The notes beneath the pieces were generated by a model that had not been told where the DNA came from, made no database searches, and saw nothing but the letters and a program-made list of their open reading frames with translations. From Monocercomonoides exilis PA203 (taxonomy: Eukaryota > Protista > Preaxostyla): 64,000 bases of DNA. Shown one piece after another: positions 48,230-59,807 of the stretch (the first letter of the stretch is position 1; every line of letters begins with the position of its first letter). The stretch covers positions 1,240,001-1,304,000 of the forward strand of contig LSRY02000021.1 in assembly GCA_001643675.2 (NCBI GenBank), in the 5' to 3' direction. A program made the translations under genes and the position numbers.

Positions 48230-51200
48230 TCATTTACGTGTTGATCGTTTTTTGTCTGTTTTCTTATTTGTTGGGGCATCTTTAGCTTCTTTTGAAACGG
48301 ATTGGCGAGTCATACGTTTTTGCGGAGGGTTCTCTGCTCTATTTTGCTTTGGTTTGGCTTTTTGATCCTTTGCGTTGCTTTTTGTTTCACTTTTAGTTTT
48401 TCCTTCTTCTTCTTCCTCTTCCTCTTCCTCTTCATCGTCTTCATCGTCTTCATCATCATCATCTTCTTCTTCAGAATCTTTTTCCTTCTCTCCGTCTTCC
48501 TCATTATCTTCCTCTTCCTCCTCCTCTTTCTTTTTTCCTTTCAAACCTCCACTTTTTCTATTTGCCTTCTTTGTATTCTTTTCTTCTTTCTTCCCTTTTC
48601 CTTTCCCTTTCCCTTTTCCTTCATTTGTTTTTGCTTCCTTTTCTTCTTCTTCCTTTTTCGTGCTTCTCAAACGAGATGCAATTCCTTTCTTTTCATCTTC
48701 TTTTCCTTTCTGTTTGGCTTTCGAATCTTCTTTTTTAGCTTTCGAATTCTCTTTTGCTTCAACTCCTTTTTTGATTGATTTCCCTTTTGAAGGCGCTTCT
48801 TTGCTTGTTTTGGCTTTTGGCTTGGCTGTTTGTCGTGTTTTGACTGCAGTTTTTTCACTTTTATTGCTTCCCTTTTTCTCATCATCATCGTCATCATCTT
48901 CTTCTTCTCCTTCACTTTCTTCTTCTGCCTCATCTTCTTCTTCGTTCTCCTCCTCCTCCTCCTCCTCCTCTTCTTCTTCTTTCTTCTTTTCTTCCTCTTT
49001 CTTTTTCTTGTTTTCTTTACCTTTCTCCTTTGCATTTGATTCTTTCTTTTTCACTTCCTTTTCTATTTTCTCTTCTTTCTCATCTTTCTCATCTTTTTCC
49101 TGTTCTTTTGTTTTATTTGTTTCTGAAGAAGCAGACTTTATGTTAATTTTAATCTTTCTTGGCATTTTTGGCGTAGGCGAAGGATTTTGTTCAACAGACG
49201 CACTTTTTTCTTCTTCCTTTTCGCTTTTCACCTCTTTCTCATTTTTTGTCTGTTTTTTGTCTGTTTTGGCTTTTGTTTCTGTTTTCTTTTCTTCTCCTTT
49301 CTTCTCCTTCGCATTTTCTGCAGCTGCTTTCGTCTTTTTAGTATCAATCTCTTTTTTGTTCGATTTCAATTTTTTCTCATCTTTCTCATCCTTCTTTTCC
49401 TTTTCGGTTTTTCCTCTTTTATTTCCTTGACTTCCTTTGTTATTTTTAATATCTTTATTTCCTTTCTCATCTTTCCCTTTTTTCTCTTCTTTTTCTTTTT
49501 CTTTTTCTTTTTCAATCTCTTTTTCTTTCTTTTCCTCTTTCTTTTGCCCTTCTGAACTTTTACTTTGACTTTTCTCTAAAATTGCTTGCAACTCTTTCTT
49601 CCCCTTTTCATTTGTCGTTTTTCTTTTCTTTTCTCCTTCTGCTTTATTTGTTACTTCTTTGCCACTTTCTTCCTCTTTGTTCACTTCAATTTTTCCTTTT
49701 TCTTTCATCTGCTGACTTTCACTTGCTTTTCCTTTGGCTTCTGCTTCCGCTTTCTCTTTTTTCATCTTCTCTTTCTCTTTCTCTTTCTCTTTCTCCTTTT
49801 CCTTTTCCTTTTCCTTCTCCTTCTCCTTCTCCTTCTCCTTCTCCTTCTCCTTCTCCTTCTCTCTCAACTTAACCAGCTTCTCCAATCTCTCCTGCTTATC
49901 TCTCTTCTCTTTCCTTTCCTTCTCCTCCTTCGCCTTCGCCTCCTTCGCCTTCTCATCCGCACTGCTCTTCCCCAACAGCTCACTTTTCTCTCCACTTTCT
50001 GCTTTGCTCTTCATCATCTGCTCCTTCATCGACACAAATGGCTGAGGACGAAACGCACGCTTGTTCTTCCCAAACAAAGGTACTGGTGCTGTCAATCCAC
50101 CCATCCCCATCCCCACCCCTGCCCCTGCAACAGAAGAAGAAGCAGAAGAAGAATATTGAAACGGCCCGAGTGTGGTCGAGTTCAGCTTCATCTCCATCTC
50201 CTCCTTCATCCGCCGAAGCTTCTGCATCTCCGCATTCTGCATCGCCATTCGCATCCTTTCTTCTGTCCGGTGCGCCTCAATCTGCGCCTGCAGCGCCTCT
50301 TTCTCCATCTGACTCTTCTTCACCTGCTCGTCCAGCAGCCGCCGGATCGTCTTCAGCTCTTCCTTTAGATCCTCCGCGGGAGCTTCACTCGAAGCTTTCG
50401 CTCTGCGCTTCCGGATTGTTGATGACTCTTCATTGCTTTCTTCAGAGTCCTCATTCTCATCATCATCATCATCATTTTCATTTTCATTTTCGAACTCACT
50501 CGATTTCTCGCTCTCTCCTTCTCCTTCTCCTTCTCCATTGGCATCGCTTCCCCGCGCCGATCGCAGTTGCCGCTTTATCCTTCCATTCTCCAACCGAACG
50601 ATTCTATCTATCTCTCCCTCATTCTTCTTCCCTATCAGCTCTTCCATCTCTTCCAGTTCGTGTTCCTGTTTCAGTCCAAATGCCATCGCTGTATCTTTCA
50701 GTGATTGTTCTGCATTACTTCCTTCGTTTCCTGCTCTTTCGGACTTCTCCATCATTCTCCGCAGCTCCCGTGTCATCTGCCTTGTTTTCTTCACCTCTTC
50801 TTCTTTGCCATCTGCTCCTAATTTATCAGATGCCTCTGTTGACTTCGCTTTGCTTCCACTTCTTTCTCTCTCCTCTCCCTTTCCTGTCGTCCTCTTCCTC
50901 TTCTCTTTCTTCTGCACTCCTCTTCCACCTCCTCCTCCTCCTGCTGTTGCTTCTGTTTCCACTGCTGCTGCCCCCTCATCTCCTCCTGCATTCATCGCAT
51001 CTGAGGCCGGCACATTCAGTGCAGTGGCAGCAGGCAGCAAGCAAGAGAGCTGCTGGGCAATTGGCAGAAGTGAAGAGAAGATGTCCACATCAGGTGAAGC
51101 ACCAGCTGTCAGCAGCGCAGACGACAGCAGCTGCTGGATGAGCAACGGATCAATTGCGGGTTGTGGGATTTGTGAGAGTTGTGGGAGTTGTGGGAGTTGT

Positions 51201-54200
51201 GGGAGTTGTGGGAGTTGTGGGATTTGAGGAAGTTGTGCAGTTTGTGACAGGAAAGAAAGAGGAGAAAGGCCAGAAAGACCACTCAGTGCAGACAAATCCA
51301 GAGAAGAGAGCTGAGAGGCAGCTGCCAGAGACGTCAGGTCAGTCAAGCCCGCAGCCTGTGGGAGAACAGAAGCGCCGGAGATTTCTGGATTGGGTGCGGA
51401 CTGTGCAGCAAGTGACAGCGCGCCCAGCGGATTGCTGCTGTTGCTCAATGATTCTGTTTGTGCCATGTTTGCTTTGTCGTCTGAGGAAATTTGAGTGTTT
51501 GGCAGGACAGGCAGCATCGGCATTGTTTTGAGGGTGTCTGTCAGAAGAGGAAGGAGCGATGGATCGATTGCTGGGAACGGGAGAGGCAAGTTGTGATATG
51601 CAGGCTCTGCTGAATGTGATGCTTCTTGTGGGGTTATTTGTGAGTGCATGTGCTCAGCAGCCCTTTGGGAATGATCAGTAAACTGAGAGGGGTATGCAAG
51701 AGAACTGTCAGATGTGAAAGATGGCAGACTGGAATTGATAAAGGCAGATTCAGAGAACAAACCAGAAGACTGAGAAGGGACAGGATAATTGAGCATTGAA
51801 TGCAGCTGTGTTTGTGAGTGTTCTTGTTCAAGTGGCTGTTCACCGTCAGAAGAGGAGGAAATTTGGTTTGACATGGAAGAAGAAGAAGAAGAAGAAGAAG
51901 AAGAAGAAGAAGAAGAAGAAGAAGAAGAAGAAGAAGAAGAAGAAGAGGAAGAGGAAGAAGATAACGATTCTAATGATAATTGAGATGCATCAGCATCTGA
52001 CAGAGATGGAAAAGTATGTGAAAGCGCTCCATTTGCAGCTTGAAACTGAGCAGACCCAGACTGCTTCAAAGCAGCGTCTCTAAGCGAATCCTGTCCAGAA
52101 GTAATGTTATTGGCAGTATTATCAGTAGCAGTAACATCATCATCTTCTTCTTCATCAATAACATGCTGTTCGTTCATCTTCTGAAGTCCATTTTGGATGT
52201 TCCGAGACGACTCAGCCACAAGCGAAGCTGCTGATGCTAAGAGGTTACTGACTGTCAGAGCATTGCTATCGATAGCTGTGGCTGCATTTACAGCTGAATT
52301 TAAAGCTGCAGCTGTTAATGTTGAATTGAGTGGGTTCGAGTGTTCTTGTGAAGCAGAATGGCTGTGAGTCTGCAGGAGATAGCTCTGGCTGACAGGAGGG
52401 ACAGCACCTGGTGGGAGAAGAGGAAGAGCGGTTGGTTGTGGAGGAAAGAGGGAAGGAGAGCGAGAGTTGGAGCGAGAACGAGAACGAGAATATGAAGAAG
52501 AAGAAGAGGAGGAGGAAACGGAAGAAGAGGAAAAAGAGGAAGAGGAAGAAGCAGTTGATGATGTTGAATGATGATAGCGCCTTCTGTAAGATCGAGAGCG
52601 CGACCGACGGTGGGAAGAAGGAGAAGAAGGAGACGAATAAGAGACCGACGAATAAGAGCGAGAGAGAGAAATCGAACGAGATGTGGAGCGGCTGTAGCGC
52701 CCGTGGCGTGAGGCATAGCGGTCTCTGGAGCGGTAGCTGTGTGGCGATCTGTGCTGGTGATGATATGGATAATGTGAGTGATGGCGATGATGATGGCGGC
52801 GGCAGTAATAAGGCGATGAGCGGTGGGAAGGGAAGCGACTGCGGGATGAATATGGAAGCTCAGAAGAGTGGGTGTGGTGAGATGTGATAGAATTGCGAGT
52901 GTTGGAAGAAGAAGAAGAAGAAGAGGAGGAGGAGGAGGATGATGATGATGATGAAGTTGAGGAAGAAGAGGAAGAAGATTGTAAGGATGATGTTGTTGAC
53001 GATGTTGCTTGTAATGTCGAAGAAATAGAAGGAATTGGTATGCCTTGGTGTTGAGATATTAAATAAGGCTGGTGTTGTAAAGATGACTGTGTCTGTGTCT
53101 GTGTTTGTGTTTGTGATTGTGGTTGTGGTTGTGGTTGTTGTTGTTGTGAAAGCGATTGTGATTGTGATTGAGATCGAGACTGTGAATGAGAAGGCGCATT
53201 GGGATAAGAGCTGCTGCCTGTAGGTGTGTAGAAGCCATGTTGAGCATATGAAGCAGAACGAGAAGGAGACAGCCGCGACTGCACTGAAAGGCGAGTATCG
53301 GAGCAGGCGCTGGAGAATGAGTGTGAACGAGAACGATGGCGAGAATTAGAGCGAGGGCGAGAACGAGATTGTGAGTGAGAATGTGAGCGTGAATGTGATC
53401 GAGAATAGGAGCGTGAACGATTTCGTGTGCGGCGATGAGGACGAGAGAAAGAAGGAGATCGGGAACGGGAACGGGAACGGGAACGGGAACGAGAACGAAA
53501 ACGAAAATGAGAGCGAGCATTCCGCCTGTGTGTGTAAGATGTGTGGAGCTGAGTATCAGTGCTTGACGAGTAATTCGTCGGCTGGCGAGAATGAGAGCTG
53601 AGAGAGTAGTCTGAAGAAGCCCGTTCTTGAGAACTGCCGCTGAGTGAGGAGTTCTTCGAAGCTGGCTGCAGACCCAAATCTTGTGAGGCGCTTGGAAGAG
53701 GGTTTTCTTTGTTTGATGATTGTGACTCAAGATTTCCACGGGATCTGTGGTGAGATGACCTTGAAAGAGACTGCTCACTTAATGAATCAGATGACTGTGG
53801 TTGCTTAAAGGAGTTTGAGGAGCTTGAAGATTGTGCAAATGATGTTAATGAATTAGAAATAGAAGCACTTGAAGAGGAAGAGGAAGTTGATGATTGGTAT
53901 TTGGATGTTGGAAGTATAGAATGGCCTGTTGATCTGGAATCAATTTGATGAAAAGAATGCCCTTGTTTTTTGTCATTTTCATCTGGTTGCACCTGAATGT
54001 TGTGAGGCGAATGCTGAGATGGCGATAATTTAAGTCTGGAAGGGGCTCTTCCCGATTGTGAATCCCTTTCATCATCATCATCATATATTAATATTTCACT
54101 CTCGATATCTTGAGTTTGTTCAAATTGATTTTCTTTATTTGCTTGCAACTCCTTTGCTTTCTTTGTTGAATTTTCTTTTTGTTGAATCGCTTCTCGCTTT

Positions 54201-54496
54201 TTATTTTTTGAAGATTTAGCTGATTTACCTTTTTTATTCGATTTCTTCTTTTTTGGGTTAGTTGTTGGACTTAACGAAGAAACAAACGAAGATAATGGCT
54301 TTGCATTTAGTTTTATAATTCTTTTACCAGAAGCATCAATTGCAATTGATGGATTTCCATTGAGATGTCGCGCTGGCATTTGAACAACTGATTCGAGAGG
54401 CGATGATGCCAAAGAAATAATACGCGACGTATCTCTAGTGGCTTTTATTTGTGATGGCTGAGAGCTGGATATTTCTTGCGAAGGTATTTGAGCCAT
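48230..54496 (-). CDS. 2088-aa intronless, largely disordered protein (RS-rich, poly-S, LPQ repeats, KE-rich tail)
   Basis: Uninterrupted ATG-initiated ORF flanked by AT-rich DNA. Confidence 0.85.
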   Translation of the reverse strand: MAQIPSQEISSSQPSQIKATRDTSRIISLASSPLESVVQMPARHLNGNPSIAIDASGKRIIKLNAKPLSSFVSSLSPTTNPKKKKSNKKGKSAKSSKNKKREAIQQKENSTKKAKELQANKENQFEQTQDIESEILIYDDDDERDSQSGRAPSRLKLSPSQHSPHNIQVQPDENDKKQGHSFHQIDSRSTGHSILPTSKYQSSTSSSSSSASISNSLTSFAQSSSSSNSFKQPQSSDSLSEQSLSRSSHHRSRGNLESQSSNKENPLPSASQDLGLQPASKNSSLSGSSQERASSDYSLSSHSRQPTNYSSSTDTQLHTSYTHRRNARSHFRFRSRSRSRSRSRSRSPSFSRPHRRTRNRSRSYSRSHSRSHSHSQSRSRPRSNSRHRSRSHSFSSACSDTRLSVQSRLSPSRSASYAQHGFYTPTGSSSYPNAPSHSQSRSQSQSQSLSQQQQPQPQPQSQTQTQTQTQSSLQHQPYLISQHQGIPIPSISSTLQATSSTTSSLQSSSSSSSTSSSSSSSSSSSSSSSSSNTRNSITSHHTHSSELPYSSRSRFPSHRSSPYYCRRHHHRHHSHYPYHHQHRSPHSYRSRDRYASRHGRYSRSTSRSISLSRSYSSVSYSSPSSPSSHRRSRSRSYRRRYHHSTSSTASSSSSFSSSSVSSSSSSSSYSRSRSRSNSRSPSLFPPQPTALPLLPPGAVPPVSQSYLLQTHSHSASQEHSNPLNSTLTAAALNSAVNAATAIDSNALTVSNLLASAASLVAESSRNIQNGLQKMNEQHVIDEEEDDDVTATDNTANNITSGQDSLRDAALKQSGSAQFQAANGALSHTFPSLSDADASQLSLESLSSSSSSSSSSSSSSSSSSSSSSSSSSSSSMSNQISSSSDGEQPLEQEHSQTQLHSMLNYPVPSQSSGLFSESAFINSSLPSFTSDSSLAYPSQFTDHSQRAAEHMHSQITPQEASHSAEPAYHNLPLPFPAIDPSLLPLLTDTLKTMPMLPVLPNTQISSDDKANMAQTESLSNSSNPLGALSLAAQSAPNPEISGASVLPQAAGLTDLTSLAAASQLSSLDLSALSGLSGLSPLSFLSQTAQLPQIPQLPQLPQLPQLPQLSQIPQPAIDPLLIQQLLSSALLTAGASPDVDIFSSLLPIAQQLSCLLPAATALNVPASDAMNAGGDEGAAAVETEATAGGGGGGRGVQKKEKRKRTTGKGEERERSGSKAKSTEASDKLGADGKEEEVKKTRQMTRELRRMMEKSERAGNEGSNAEQSLKDTAMAFGLKQEHELEEMEELIGKKNEGEIDRIVRLENGRIKRQLRSARGSDANGEGEGEGESEKSSEFENENENDDDDDENEDSEESNEESSTIRKRRAKASSEAPAEDLKEELKTIRRLLDEQVKKSQMEKEALQAQIEAHRTEERMRMAMQNAEMQKLRRMKEEMEMKLNSTTLGPFQYSSSASSSVAGAGVGMGMGGLTAPVPLFGKNKRAFRPQPFVSMKEQMMKSKAESGEKSELLGKSSADEKAKEAKAKEEKERKEKRDKQERLEKLVKLREKEKEKEKEKEKEKEKEKEKEKEKEKEKEKEKMKKEKAEAEAKGKASESQQMKEKGKIEVNKEEESGKEVTNKAEGEKKRKTTNEKGKKELQAILEKSQSKSSEGQKKEEKKEKEIEKEKEKEKEEKKGKDEKGNKDIKNNKGSQGNKRGKTEKEKKDEKDEKKLKSNKKEIDTKKTKAAAENAKEKKGEEKKTETKAKTDKKQTKNEKEVKSEKEEEKSASVEQNPSPTPKMPRKIKINIKSASSETNKTKEQEKDEKDEKEEKIEKEVKKKESNAKEKGKENKKKKEEEKKKEEEEEEEEEEENEEEDEAEEESEGEEEDDDDDDEKKGSNKSEKTAVKTRQTAKPKAKTSKEAPSKGKSIKKGVEAKENSKAKKEDSKAKQKGKEDEKKGIASRLRSTKKEEEEKEAKTNEGKGKGKGKGKKEEKNTKKANRKSGGLKGKKKEEEEEEDNEEDGEKEKDSEEEDDDDEDDEDDEEEEEEEEEEGKTKSETKSNAKDQKAKPKQNRAENPPQKRMTRQSVSKEAKDAPTNKKTDKKRSTRK

Positions 54497-54793
54497 CTAA
54501 ATTTGTTAATAAAATAAAATGTAGAAAAAAGGAATAAAAATGAGATAAAATTTTTATAGACATTTTGTTCGTAACATAAAAAAATACATGATGCTTCATA
54601 CGTTTTTGTGAATTTTCACAATCTCCTATTTTGTTTCTAATATAGAAAAAGCCAAGCAAAAATCCAAAAATTATATTTTTTGAATAAAGGGAAATTATAG
54701 TTGATAAACATAAATTTCAATGTGTGTTTTGTTGTTACAGAATGTTTTTTTGTAAATTATCAAAAATATTTAATTTTCCCGTAAATTTTTTTA

Positions 54794-55634
54794 ATGGCAA
54801 AAAGAAGAATAATCATGGATGACGAAATGAATTCCGAGCCGATGTCAGTGGAAAAATGCCAACAGTTGGAAGATCCTTCTATTGATAGATTTCCATTTGC
54901 AATTGTTTGGACTTCAATTCCGATGATCACGTGGATTCTTCCTTTTATTGGGCATGTTGGAATATGTGACAGTCAAGGAAGAGTCTGGGATTTTGCTGCT
55001 CCATATTTTGTTGGGGTTTGATAACGTCTAATTTTTTATTTTTTTGGATTTTATGAACTCTGAAAAATAATGAATTATTTTTGTTATTATTATCAAAGGT
55101 TGATAATATGGCTTTTGGAAGGCCAAGGAAGTATTGAACAAATGCTTTTTTTCCAAAACTTGTAAATTCAATTTAATTTTGTTTGTAGAGTTTGGCGATT
55201 CTTTAAATCCAAGAGAAAAGATAGAAATGATGATAATTCAAAAGAAGATGAAACGTTACGAAGTACTGAAATCACAGCAAAATGGAATGATGCAATTGAA
55301 TATGAAAGTGAAATATTTTCTCGTCGAATGCACAATTTATGTCTGAATAATTGCCATCATTATGTTGCTGAATGCCTTAATAGATATGAAGGTTGCGAAA
55401 AGCCAAAATGGAATCAATTTAAAATTGCTTTAAATCTGATTACAAAAGGAGAATATGTTAGGTTTGCAAGCACTTTTTTTTCAAAGATGTCATATGATTG
55501 AAAAATTTTAAAATTTTACTTATTTCTATTTAAAATTTTAATACAGCTATTGGGCAATATTTCGCACATATCTACCATTCGCATTAATCGTTATTGTTTT
55601 AACTGTTTTCGTTGTGTTTTTGAATTTGATTTGA
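54794..55634 (+). CDS. TMEM222: TMEM222/RTE1-like (DUF778) membrane protein, 4 exons
   Basis: [27 protein letters not shown]...[18 protein letters not shown]...WNDAI...[17 protein letters not shown]. Confidence 0.92.
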
Positions 55635-56354
55635 ATTTGTAATATGTTTATAAAAGAAAAAAGGATGTTTAAGTTAAATTTGTTTGAAATTCCTTTTCAT
55701 TTAAAACTGTTTTTCTTAAAACTAGAAATGAACAGGAATTTTGTTTGTCACTTTGATGTTATTAAATTATGTTCATGCTTTTTTATGAAATTTACCAAAT
55801 ATTAGGTTTAAAATTATTCTTAGAAATTTCTGAAAAACTTTTACGCTGAACGATAAAAGTGCATTTGAAGAAGAAATGAAATGAAAAAGCACAAGGGTAA
55901 GAAGCAACGTGAAGGAATGTTGAACCAGAGAGAAGATAAAAAGATAAAAAAACATAAACCGAAGATAGGCTTTATTATCAAAGTTACAAAAGATAATTAT
56001 CATAGAAGAAGTCAAAAACAACACTCAAGCAGAAAGAATTGTAAAGATCTTACCAAGAGAATATAATAATAAAATTTTGGAAAAGAAAGGAAAGATTTAA
56101 CAGACAATTAACGATATAAAAAAATTTTTATTAAAAATTTCTAAGAAATGTTGTTATCTCTATCCATCAAAAGCATTGACTCATCAACGGACAAAAATAG
56201 TTGATAAACAAAATTAATTTTTAGAAATAACAATAAAATATAAAAAAAAATAAACAAAGAGCAATGTTTGAGGATAAAAAGATGATTCACATAATTAATT
56301 GTGTCATCACCTTTGAGCATATCGAAGTTCTTGGCAAAGGCTTTACAGAAAAAC

Positions 56355-57364
56355 CTACTTCATTTCTTCGAATCCACGTGCCTTATTTGTGCAAGGACTA
56401 ATCAGCACTTTGACTCCTTCTATGACCAAACGAGGAAGTGATGTCCAGAAAAATACAAACGGAATCATTTCAATTCCCCTCTTTTTGAATGCAAAGTACT
56501 ATATTTATATAACGATTCAAACATTAAAAAAAAAATATTGTAAAGGTTAAATAAAGCATTAAAAAATATAAGATTGAAATACAACATTCAAATATTCAAA
56601 TAAATTGCATTGCAAACCATCAATGGCATTCCAGCGGCAAAATATAATACCAGAAGAACGGAAAATATAATAAGCATAATTGAGCCAAAGCTCAACCCCT
56701 TCTTCTTATTGTTTTTGGGGTTTTTAGGATCGTCTTTTGGATCAGGAGACTTTTTGCAACCAGCAGGATGCTCTTGAACAACAGTTAATGTTTCTCTGCG
56801 AAAAAAATAAAAATTAGAAATTAAACTTGCCAAAAAATCACCTTAAAAAGCAATACCCATCATCAGTAACGTCTTGATTTTCGTCTTTGGAGCAAATTAA
56901 TTTGTAAACAAATGATTTCGGAGAGCCATCGTCATCTCCTTCATCTATCAATCATTATTAAAAAGTCATTTATCTTCATAAAGCAAAAGCGACTGATCAT
57001 AAAATCTTGCATACAAGTGAATTGAATTCCTTTGTCGTCAGCCAGTATTTTATGTTTTTCAGAGCCAACTGTTCCATAGCAATGGCACCCCATGATGTAG
57101 GTGCTGGTGGACTCTGCAATACAATCATCAATATCGCACGAACCCCCTTTTCCAACAGAGACAGGTGCTCTAAAATTCCATGAATATGTTGTGGCTTGTT
57201 GTTTATACTGATATGGATTTGAACTACAAATTTTTGTGCAAATAACTTATTGTTTAAATTCTTAAAAATTCAAACGGTGATTTTTTCAGATCTGAGAAAT
57301 CGTAATCATCAAAATCATCAGCTTTTGAAAACTCTAAAAACAACGAGAACCAAAGGATAAACAT
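56355..57364 (-). CDS. Mannose-6-phosphate receptor/ATG27-like type I membrane protein, multi-exon
   Basis: Signal peptide, Cys-containing lumenal domain, GLSFGSIMLIIFSVLLVLYFAAG TM helix, RGIEMIPFVFFWTSLPRLVIEG tail typical of the family. Confidence 0.85.
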
Positions 57365-57439
57365 GTCTTACAAAATCTGATCAAATATGGTTTTATATTG
57401 AAAGGGTATGATCAAGTTAATTGTTTAAATAAATATTTT

Positions 57440-59667
57440 TTATTCAAAAATTTCTTCATCTTCTTCTTCTCCGCAATTATTTATATCTTCAAGTTGTGTT
57501 AAAAGAAGGTCTCCTGGTATGATTGGTCGTAAATATGAAGGATTATCCCAATTAATATTTTTGGGATTAATAGAGCAATGAACTGCAGGTTGGGAGGTTG
57601 TAGAGTTTAGCAAATGAGCATTCTTTTCTTGTGTGCCATTACTTGTAGGAAAAGCAGATGATGAGTTTATCAACTGTTTTTGCTGATTAACCTCAGATGA
57701 TGCATCTTCTACAGACGAAATGGTAGTATTCTTTGAACCTAAAAGAGGTTGTTCAGTTGGTTTTTCTTTTGTTTCGTGGTTTTTCTTTGCACGGAGAGGA
57801 GCTGTGAGCCTTTGAAAGAGCGATTGTGCGGTTGGATTCCTAAAGGGCTTCAGCTGCGGAGGAAGGGAATTAACTGCAGCAGAAGTGGGAGAAAGGAGAG
57901 TTGGTTGAATGTTGCTATTTGGCAAAGAAGAATAATAATCTGAGTGATAAGAGTGATTGAATGAGTCATATCTTGTTGGGTAGCATTGCATCATTGCCAC
58001 AGAGGGCATTGCCTGTTGGCATGCAAAGCTCGGCACAAACTGCTCCTGCTGAAGAGAAGGAAGAGAAGAAGGAAGAAAAGGAATAGCAGGCTGCTGGTTC
58101 GAACTCTGTGCACAAGAAGAAGAAGAAGAAGAAGAAGAGCTTTGAAATTGAGAAGAATAAGGCATTTGTTGTGGAGGGCTAGGAAAAGGAGCAGGAACAT
58201 CATACGGAAACGCCACCGCCAAGTCGTATGTTGTGACTGGAAGATCATTTGCTCTGTTTTTCTGTGTGATTCCAGCTTTCCCTGCAGTTTTGTCTTCGCC
58301 CTGTGAACTTTCATCGTCTGATGAAATGTCTGTGTTATTCTCCCGCTCTCTGTCAAGACTGGCTTTTGAATCCTCGTCGTCTTCATTGTCTTCTCTGTTG
58401 TCATCGCTACTCGACTTATCTCTGGATTTTCTTTTATGTTTTGCTTTTCCTCTTTCTTGTCCCGTTCCACTTCCTCTTTCTCTTTCTCCTCCTCCTCTTT
58501 CTTCTTCTCCACTATCTTCATCATCATCCACATCAAAGTTTGGAGAAAACGACCGTTCGCTTTCAAAATCTTCTTCTTCCTCTACTTCTTCTTTGTCAAT
58601 CAACTTCGTTTTTCCTTTTCTTTTGAGATTTTTCTTTTCAAATTGTTTGGATTCGGTTGAATGAGCACATTTATCTTCTCCTCTCTTTTTATGCTCTGCT
58701 TCCTGTTGACTTTCATGTGATTGCTTTTCATTGTAATTGATATCTTCTTTTTCCTCCTCATTTTCCTTCTCCTCATTTTCTGAATTTCTTTCTCTATCGC
58801 AAGATAAACCCACTTTTTTTTCATCCATCTTTTGTTCTTCTTTGCCTTCTCCTTTCATTTGCTGACTTGTCATTTCATCTTTCTTCAAACAATTTTTTTT
58901 CTCCTCAAAATTGTTTTTTCTCTTGCAACTCATCAAAAAATGAGGATAAGTCAATTCTTGTTCATTTTTTCCTGCTTCAGAAGCAGTTTTAGTTAAATCC
59001 AATGATTGAAAATCTGAATGTGGTGAATCTGTTTGAACAAAAGAGTGTTCAGAGATTGAATGGCTGTTAATAGAATCACTTGATGATTGTGTGTTTGAGG
59101 AGCAAGGAGTATAAATTACGGTGTTTTCCATTGGAGAAGAAGAAGATGAGGAGGAGGAGGAGGAGGATGATGATGATAAATAATTTGAAGCTGAAAATTT
59201 TGAAGAAGAAGAAGAAGAAGATGATGATGATGATGATGTCAAAGATGATGTACTTGTTAAAGTCCATGAATCTTCTGAAGAGCTTAAAGAATTTGTTTGT
59301 CTTTGTGAAACTGAATTGTGTTTTTTGTCAGCTTTTGGTAAAGAAATTTTCGTCTTTTCATCATTTTCCAAATTCTTTCCCTTTTCATCTCGTTTCATCT
59401 CCTGCGAATCTTCAATTTCTTCTCCATAACTTTCTTTTTCTTTTTCTTCTTCTTCTTCTTTCTTCTCTTCTTTTCTATATAACCCCATCTCTCTTGCTGC
59501 CTCCACTGTTTGATCAAGATGCTTCCTCAGTTCTCCAGCTGTTGAATGCTCCAAGCAACAATACGGACATATATGCTTCTGAATGCTCTGTCTGATATAA
59601 TTCACCATCTTCACACCTTGATAATAGTCAAGGCCTGTGGTGAGTGAGGGAAAAAAGAAAGGAGGTT

Positions 59668-59720
<53 letters not shown>

Positions 59721-59739
59721 GAGTGAGTGAGTGAGTGAG

Positions 59740-59807
<68 letters not shown>

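Noticed and set aside
48302-51531. Long plus-strand F/S/L-rich ORFs (for example 48375-49430, 50038-51141)
   Set aside because: They are antisense shadows of the K/E-rich 2088-aa ORF; the same applies to the antisense ORFs over 26977-34836, 19464-21236 and 57440-59614.
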